35,770 nt of DNA from an uncultured Candidatus Saccharibacteria bacterium (GTDB taxonomy: Bacteria > Patescibacteriota > Dojkabacteria > J137), in the NCBI GenBank assembly GCA_965230975.1, contig OZ246402.1, forward strand, positions 1 to 35,770. The letters are read 5' to 3'. Positions 11,866 to 17,781 of the stretch are shown here, one piece after another (position 1 is the first letter of the stretch; each line of letters opens with the position of its first letter). The position numbers and the translations under genes are program-made. The notes beneath the pieces were generated by a model. That model was not told the origin of the DNA. It did not search any database and saw only the letters and a program-made list of their open reading frames with translations.

Positions 11866-12300
11866 TTAATTTGTAATATATGAGCTTAGCATTTGCCACC
11901 AGTTTGAAAAATCTGACTTTTTTGTTAAATCTAATAGGTCTTTTTCTTCATCTAAATATGTAGCTTTTTGCCTTATTGTATACAAGTCTTCTGAAGATTG
12001 AGCCATGTTTGCAGAATTTCTTAAAAGTAACATTTTGTACTCATCAGAACTTACATATTCTAGCTCTTTTTGAAGCTCTTCATTTTTTGCTTTTAGGTCA
12101 TTTAAACTTTGAGATTCTATTGAAAATATCTGATAGTTGTTCCTAGCAGTTGTTATAACTCTTAAAATATTACCTGTTAAAACTAAAACGGCCAAGCATA
12201 AAAGAATGGATATAAGTAAATTTTCAGTAGTGAAATCTTTAAAGTATATCAATAGCTTTTCTGCATTAATATTTTTGCTTAAATTTTTAGCTTTATTCAT
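11866..12300 (-). CDS. FtsB/DivIC-like septum-formation initiator (bitopic coiled-coil protein)
   Basis: 144 aa. It has one TM helix (LLISILLCLAVLVLTG) and a leucine-zipper-like segment (LNDLKAKNEELQKELEYV). A following SSDEYKMLLLRNSANMAQSSEDLY block resembles the family's C-terminal region. Confidence 0.5.
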   Translation of the reverse strand: MNKAKNLSKNINAEKLLIYFKDFTTENLLISILLCLAVLVLTGNILRVITTARNNYQIFSIESQSLNDLKAKNEELQKELEYVSSDEYKMLLLRNSANMAQSSEDLYTIRQKATYLDEEKDLLDLTKKSDFSNWWQMLSSYITN

Positions 12301-12358
12301 TTTAAATAAATGTAATTTAAATTGACCCTATAATATTAGCTATGCTAAGATCAATGAC

Positions 12359-13237
12359 ATGAAAAAAAACTCATCACTGACAAATTTAGAATTGATAAAT
12401 AACTTTACTGAATATCTTAAAGAAAACAACAAGTCAGTGTCAACAATAATAGCCTATAAGAAAGATTTGCAACAGTTTAATGAAATTAATAAAGACAAAA
12501 GCTTTGATTTATACACTCCTGATGACATAAAATCCGCTGTTAACGAGCTTAGAAATGTCCATAAAGTAACATTAAAAACTGTATCAAGAAAAATCAATAG
12601 TATTAGAAGCTTTTTTAAATATCTTTATTCGAATCAATTAGTTAGCAATAACCCTTCTACAGAAATTAGTCATCCTAAATATAGAAATAAAAAACCTAGA
12701 GTTTTATCTCAAATGGAATATTATGCTCTAAGGGAAGCTAGTAGAAATAACTTTAGATTAAATACCATGATCGAGTTATTGCTACAAACCGGATTAAGAA
12801 TTAGCGAGCTTTCAAATTTGCAAAAAAGAGACTTGTACTTAGATGAAAAGAACCCATATTTAGTTGTGAGAGGATATTCCAGTACAGACGAACGAAGTGT
12901 GCCACTTAATTATAAGATTAAAGTATGCTTAAGGAATTATTTAAATCAAGACAATACAAAATTCCAACCATTATTCTCTACCAAAACAGGTAAAAATATT
13001 GAAATTAGGAATATTAGAACATCTATAGATAAAGCTATTGCCAACGCTCAAATAAAAAATGCATGCGTTAACGACTTAAGAAACACTTTTATTGTTGCCC
13101 AACTAAGTAGTGGTATGAGTTTAGATTTCTTGGCAAAAATAGTTGGCCATAAAAATATAAATACTACACTTAAGTACACCATGATGCTTTCAAAGAAATA
13201 TCAGCCAAGTTCTGTAAATCATGTAGTAGAATTGTAA
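12359..13237 (+). CDS. Tyrosine recombinase (XerC/XerD-like or phage-integrase family)
   Basis: 292 aa. The N-terminal SAM-like domain includes FTEYLKENNKSVSTIIAYKKDLQQF. Catalytic residues are Arg in LLLQTGLRISEL, a second Arg in DLRNTF, and His...Tyr in GHKNINTTLKYT. The gene lies ~550 bp from a tRNA with att-like repeats. Confidence 0.85.
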   Translation: MKKNSSLTNLELINNFTEYLKENNKSVSTIIAYKKDLQQFNEINKDKSFDLYTPDDIKSAVNELRNVHKVTLKTVSRKINSIRSFFKYLYSNQLVSNNPSTEISHPKYRNKKPRVLSQMEYYALREASRNNFRLNTMIELLLQTGLRISELSNLQKRDLYLDEKNPYLVVRGYSSTDERSVPLNYKIKVCLRNYLNQDNTKFQPLFSTKTGKNIEIRNIRTSIDKAIANAQIKNACVNDLRNTFIVAQLSSGMSLDFLAKIVGHKNINTTLKYTMMLSKKYQPSSVNHVVEL

Positions 13238-13265
13238 TAGATAGTTATTTAGAATATTAAAAGAT

Positions 13266-13754
13266 ATGCATAACCAAGTGCTTTCTATTTTAAATAATAT
13301 TTCATTACTCAGTTCTTCTAATTTACTAAGCAAATTCTCAGACAAGCTTGCATATGTTCTTAATACTCTAGATGTAAATAACTATAAGGATTTAGCCGAT
13401 GGGTTAAGAGTATATTACTCTCTAGACTGGAATATTGTTAATGACACGTTGATTAACAAGGTTTTAGCAATGCTTGCAGTTATTTATTTTTACCAAGCAG
13501 ATATAAATCGAAGTAATTTATTATTCGAACTGAATAAGTTTCGTACTCAAAATATTGAAGATTTAGAAATTGAAAAGTTTATTTCAATTATTGAATATTT
13601 TATAAATAACTTAGCAGATATAGTTACAACTTCCACTTTGGAAACAGATACTCATAGAAAAAAACTAATCTTAATGGAAAGGGTTAATAAATTTATTGAA
13701 GATTCAGAAATTAGAGATAAGACTGTGGATTTAATGCTATTAATGAATTCTTAA
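13266..13754 (+). CDS. Hypothetical protein
   Basis: 162 aa, predicted helical, with no recognisable motif. It is co-directional with the recombinase and 28 nt downstream of it. Confidence 0.5.
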   Translation: MHNQVLSILNNISLLSSSNLLSKFSDKLAYVLNTLDVNNYKDLADGLRVYYSLDWNIVNDTLINKVLAMLAVIYFYQADINRSNLLFELNKFRTQNIEDLEIEKFISIIEYFINNLADIVTTSTLETDTHRKKLILMERVNKFIEDSEIRDKTVDLMLLMNS

Positions 13755-13790
13755 CTAAGAAATTTGAGGTCTAAAACTTATATTCCTAAT

Positions 13791-13828
13791 AGGCCAGCGC
13801 GGACTCGAACCGCGGACCCCAGCTTTAT
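13791..13828 (-). pseudogene. Partial copy of the 3' half of tRNA-Ile(UAU), from the acceptor 3' strand to the anticodon loop
   Basis: The 38 nt at 13791-13828 match 13856-13893 with 2 mismatches (13796 and 13803). Identity stops exactly inside the anticodon loop (..CTTTAT) and continues as GGGCTAAATT. Confidence 0.75.
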
Positions 13829-13854
13829 GGGCTAAATTCTTTTAATTTACTGAA

Positions 13855-13928
13855 TAGGCCTGCGCGGGCTCGAACCGCGGACCCCAGCTTTATAAGAACT
13901 GTGCTCTAACCACCTGAGCTACAGGCCT
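13855..13928 (-). tRNA. tRNA-Ile with a genomically encoded UAU anticodon
   Basis: The revcomp reads AGGCCTGTAGCTCAGGTGGTTAGAGCACAGTTCTTATAAAGCTGGGGTCCGCGGTTCGAGCCCGCGCAGGCCTA. The acceptor is AGGCCUG/CAGGCCU and the D stem GCUC/GAGC. The anticodon stem is CAGUU/AGCUG with loop CUUAUAA (anticodon UAU). The T stem is CGCGG/CCGCG. Confidence 0.85.
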
Positions 13929-13944
13929 ATTCAGTAAACTGGTA

Positions 13945-13967
13945 TTTATAAGAACTGTGCTGTAACC
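13945..13967 (-). repeat. Partial copy of the anticodon-loop/D-arm segment of tRNA-Ile(UAU)
   Basis: TTTATAAGAACTGTGCTGTAACC matches 13889-13911 with 1 mismatch at an offset of 56 nt. It begins in the same anticodon-loop core where the other partial copy ends. Confidence 0.65.
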
Positions 13968-14009
13968 TCGATTATCGGGACTACTTTTCTATCTGCAATT
14001 AATGTGACA

Positions 14010-14022
14010 CTTTATGGGCTAA
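14010..14022. repeat. Direct repeat of the junction motif CTTTATGGGCTAA (second copy of 13823-13835)
   Basis: This is an exact 13-nt repeat within 200 bp, flanking the intact tRNA. It combines the anticodon-loop core with the non-tRNA arm GGGCTAA. Confidence 0.55.
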
Positions 14023-14189
14023 TTGCTGTGCAATTATAATTCAAACACAGGCTGTGCGTCCATAGATTAACAATCATTTCTTTTTACACAAAAAAGGTTC
14101 TTTACTATAGATTAGCGTAATGTTTTGGTCTTACCCTATTCTTAAATTTAATAATTGACTTTATAGGAAGTTTTTTGAAGATAGAGATA

Positions 14190-16643
14190 TTAAAAGCCTA
14201 AACCACCAAAAAGACTATCTTTCTTATCCTCTTTTTCCTTCTCTTTGGTAAAGGTACTTCTTAATTTAATCTCGTTTTCTATAATATTTCTATCTCTACC
14301 ATATTTAAGCCTTGAAATTTGCCTTGCGACTTCTGCAATTTCTTGATTAGGCTTACCAATCATATCATAAGGAGAATCTCCATAAAAAGACCTACAAGAG
14401 AATGCAGGAGTTGGCTTACCATCTGTAAGCATTTTTAAATAGAAACTATAGTTTTCTACCTGTTGCAAATCTTTTGGATCAACTAAATCTTCCCCTACCA
14501 CTTTACCCAAAAAAGGTGCATCCTCTTCTCCAATTCTCATAATTGCTTTGTTTCCAACATTACCAAATACCGCATCTTTAATTTTGGTGTTGCCACCCTC
14601 TCTAGTTAACTGTCCCAAGAACTGATGCCCAATTGTAAGTGCAAGTTTGTATTTTCTAGCTTCAGATAGAATAGTTACAATTCCATCTGTTAAAAAGTTT
14701 TGAAACTCATCTACATACAAGTAAAATGGAGTTCTTTCTGACTCCGGAACATTCTCTCTTTCTAAGGCTCCTACCAAAAGTTTACCAACCAAAACCATAC
14801 CTAATAAAGATGCATTAAAGTCTCCAATCTTACCTTTTGAGAGCTTAACAATTAGAATCTTCTTTTTATCCATTATTTCTCTAAATTTTATGGATGATTC
14901 TTGCTGAGAAACTATTGGCCTTAAATATGCATTTGATAAAAAGCTTGCCATTTTAGATGTGACATATGGGGTAACATTTTTTAGAGAAACATCTCCACCC
15001 GCCTGCTCTGCTTGTTTTTTCCAAAAATCTACGGTTTCTTGATTTTTACATTTAGAAAGTTTATATGCTCTATAACCCTCATCTGCAAAAACTTTTGGCA
15101 CTTCAAGCAAGGTTGCACCAGATTCAGTGTCTTCTGTTAATAATAAAATTGCGTACCTAAAATATTGTTCAAACATTGGGCCTCCAGTGACCTTCAAGTT
15201 GTACAAGGTATCAAATATATTCAACATTTCATTAATTGCCAATGTTCTTTGCTCCTCGTTATTAAACTCTAACATGTTTATTCCCACAGGTCTTTCAAGA
15301 TCTGCTGGGTCTACAATTACAACGTCTTCTATTCTTTCTGGGGGTACTTGAGCCAAAATTTTCTCGGCATCTGTTCCGTGAGGGTCTATATACCCACAAC
15401 CATGACCCATTTTCATGTCTCTAATCATCATTCCACTCATGAAACCAGATTTACCTGTACCTGTTTGTCCAATAACATAAAAATGTCTCAGCCTATCTTC
15501 TGGCTTTAAAAAGATTTCTCTAAACTGACCTCTATATGTATTTCGGCCAACATACATATAGTCTTTTTGAAAGCTATTAGTTACAAAATCTGGTGCTGGC
15601 AAACGTTTTGCCAATTGCCATTTAATATACGGTGTTTTTATATTTCTGTTTGGGAAGTGAAAAAGAGTTGCAAGTTCTGATGTGTTAAGAACCATAGAAT
15701 CTGAAGGGATTCTATATATAAATTCTGCCACTATGTTTTTTAAATTTTCGCTAGAAACTTTCTTTAGTTTATTACTACCAATCTTGGTAAATGGCTCAAA
15801 AGAACTTAACATGTTTGTTAAATGAGTATCTGCAGAAAACTTATCATCAGAAATAACTACTAATCTTGCACAAACATTAAATACAGGTTTTTGTATTTTT
15901 TGTTCTACAAAAGATAAACCCTCATCTTCTTTTTTAGGTTTTGGAGTCTCTCCTTCTTTTGGTGCAGGAGGTGGTTCTTTCATTTTATTTACATAGTCTT
16001 TTGTTTTATTTCTCCACTCAGAATCTGCCGGGGTTATAATTACTTGAAATGCGGCAGCTTCTTTATCTTGCAATTTACTAAATGCATCTGTAAGTGTTGA
16101 AATTGTATCTACAGGTAGTTCTTCGTAAGTTTGTATTGGATATTTAGAGTCCTTATCTAAAATAAGACCCGTATATGCAACGTGACTATCATCATCTGGA
16201 AAAAGGTTGTATTCTTTTACTATAGTTATTTCTGCTGTTGGGTATGTTCCATTAATTTGCCTATCTACAAGGCTTGAGATTTTTTTAGGGCAAACTACAT
16301 AAAACTTGATAGTTTCTTTAAAAGCGACCATTTCAAAACTAATAAATGACCTGGCTTTAATGTGTTTATTTAAACCTTTTAACTTTTCACTTACACTCAG
16401 TAAACCTGAATACAATTGCTCTGCAGCTTTAATTTCCACATCATTATTTTGAGGCAATTTAATTTCGTAAAATACCAAATTTAAGCCCTTTTCTTTTAAT
16501 ACATTCTCTTTAAATTTATTAAAAAGTTTTAATGCAATTATGTAAAGCACTATGAAAATAATTATCACAGCTACCAAACCAATTCCCAATGGAACTAAAA
16601 AATTGAAGTTGAAGTTTGTATTTAATATACTTTGAGACCTCAT
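14190..16643 (-). CDS. Membrane-anchored T4SS-type P-loop ATPase (VirD4/TraD/TrwB-like coupling protein; VirB4-like not excluded)
   Basis: 817 aa. It has an N-terminal TM helix (LVPLGIGLVAVIIIFIVLYIIAL), a ~350-aa N-domain and a Pro/Lys/Glu-rich linker (EPPPAPKEGETPKPKKEDE). Walker A is VIGQTGTGKSG and Walker B is FYLYVDEFQNF. ARKYKLALTIGHQFLGQL resembles the TrwB/TraD GxQxxxQL block. Confidence 0.65.
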   Translation of the reverse strand: MRSQSILNTNFNFNFLVPLGIGLVAVIIIFIVLYIIALKLFNKFKENVLKEKGLNLVFYEIKLPQNNDVEIKAAEQLYSGLLSVSEKLKGLNKHIKARSFISFEMVAFKETIKFYVVCPKKISSLVDRQINGTYPTAEITIVKEYNLFPDDDSHVAYTGLILDKDSKYPIQTYEELPVDTISTLTDAFSKLQDKEAAAFQVIITPADSEWRNKTKDYVNKMKEPPPAPKEGETPKPKKEDEGLSFVEQKIQKPVFNVCARLVVISDDKFSADTHLTNMLSSFEPFTKIGSNKLKKVSSENLKNIVAEFIYRIPSDSMVLNTSELATLFHFPNRNIKTPYIKWQLAKRLPAPDFVTNSFQKDYMYVGRNTYRGQFREIFLKPEDRLRHFYVIGQTGTGKSGFMSGMMIRDMKMGHGCGYIDPHGTDAEKILAQVPPERIEDVVIVDPADLERPVGINMLEFNNEEQRTLAINEMLNIFDTLYNLKVTGGPMFEQYFRYAILLLTEDTESGATLLEVPKVFADEGYRAYKLSKCKNQETVDFWKKQAEQAGGDVSLKNVTPYVTSKMASFLSNAYLRPIVSQQESSIKFREIMDKKKILIVKLSKGKIGDFNASLLGMVLVGKLLVGALERENVPESERTPFYLYVDEFQNFLTDGIVTILSEARKYKLALTIGHQFLGQLTREGGNTKIKDAVFGNVGNKAIMRIGEEDAPFLGKVVGEDLVDPKDLQQVENYSFYLKMLTDGKPTPAFSCRSFYGDSPYDMIGKPNQEIAEVARQISRLKYGRDRNIIENEIKLRSTFTKEKEKEDKKDSLFGGLGF

Positions 16644-16715
16644 ATGATTTTGCTTATTAAGTATATGCTAATGGTAGTTTAGAGTCTAGAGTAATAGTTT
16701 GCAATTCAAATTTGT

Positions 16716-17294
16716 TTACTTTTTTGATTTGTATTCTTGCAAAAACTTTTCAAATTGATTAGCTAACCAAGTACTTGTATTAGATGTAGATCCATTTTTA
16801 TTACTTTGAATATAGTCTTCTACTTGGTTTAAATCTGTTGGATCAAACTTTGTAACTTTAAAACCCTCATCAAAAGGCATTGGCATTTTAATATCTACAA
16901 CAGGCGTAGCAACTTGTGGGGTAGAAGCTTGAGCATTTTGTGCTGTATTAACTTTAGATTGTTTTTCTGATGCTTTTTCTATTGAGCTCTCTTTTTCTGC
17001 AGATTTTTCTATATTTACCTCAAGGCTAGATGAATCAACACTTGGAGGCATAACAGGCATTTGCTCTAAATTACCACCACTAGAAGTATCAGATGCCTTT
17101 TTTATTTGTAACTGCACAAAATCATATGCAACTTTCAAAGGAATTACCTGCCCATTTGGTGCTGTAACTAAAGGTGCATTATTTTCATCATTACCAAAAT
17201 ATTTAAACCCAAACTGCTCTATTTGAGACAATACAACACTAACCTGCGGATTTGAGTTAGCTGATGTGTTAGTATTTTGATTTGTAGTATTCAT
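16716..17294 (-). CDS. Hypothetical low-complexity (Asn/Ser/Thr/Gln-rich) soluble protein
   Basis: 192 aa with no TM segment. It starts 2 nt after the smpB stop and ends 72 nt upstream of the ATPase. Confidence 0.5.
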   Translation of the reverse strand: MNTTNQNTNTSANSNPQVSVVLSQIEQFGFKYFGNDENNAPLVTAPNGQVIPLKVAYDFVQLQIKKASDTSSGGNLEQMPVMPPSVDSSSLEVNIEKSAEKESSIEKASEKQSKVNTAQNAQASTPQVATPVVDIKMPMPFDEGFKVTKFDPTDLNQVEDYIQSNKNGSTSNTSTWLANQFEKFLQEYKSKK

Positions 17295-17296
17295 AG

Positions 17297-17761
17297 TTAA
17301 AAATTATATTGTTTTCTATCTTGATCTAATCTTTTTTGCATATCTTTTTCTTTTAATTTTTGTCTTTTATCAAACTTCTTTTTTCCTCTAACTAGGCCAA
17401 TTAATACCTTTACTAACTTTCCTTCGTTTTCATAAATTTCCAAAGGTACTGCTGTAATACCTTTTTTTTTAAGCTCTAAATCTATTCTTTTAATTTGATT
17501 CTTTTGCAATAAAAGACTTCTTTGTTTACGCTCCTCTTCTGGTGAATGTACAACGCCAGATTTCCAATTTGCGATAATTGCATTAACTAAGAAAGCTTGA
17601 TTACCAAAAATTTTAACAAAACTACCGCTTATACTACCTCTTCCACTTTTCAAAGATTTAACCTCCCAACCTTGCAAAACAATTCCGGCTTCGTATTTAT
17701 CTAAAACTTCAAAGTCAAAATAGGCTTTTTTATTATCTATTAGGGTTCTCATTGGCTGCAT
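17297..17761 (-). CDS. smpB: SsrA(tmRNA)-binding protein SmpB
   Basis: 154 aa. Family blocks are NKKAYFDFEVLDKYEAGIVLQGWEVKSLK, RKQRSLLLQKNQI, GITAVPLEIY and GLVRGKKKFDKR. Confidence 0.9.
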   Translation of the reverse strand: MQPMRTLIDNKKAYFDFEVLDKYEAGIVLQGWEVKSLKSGRGSISGSFVKIFGNQAFLVNAIIANWKSGVVHSPEEERKQRSLLLQKNQIKRIDLELKKKGITAVPLEIYENEGKLVKVLIGLVRGKKKFDKRQKLKEKDMQKRLDQDRKQYNF

Positions 17762-17781
17762 TATACCCTTTTAATAAGTCA

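Noticed and set aside
12359-13237. Calling the tyrosine recombinase specifically xerC or xerD, or specifically a phage integrase
   Set aside because: The catalytic residues fit the family, but nothing in the sequence separates chromosome-dimer resolution from element integration. No dif-like site was recognised by eye. The nearby att-like repeats are suggestive but not decisive.
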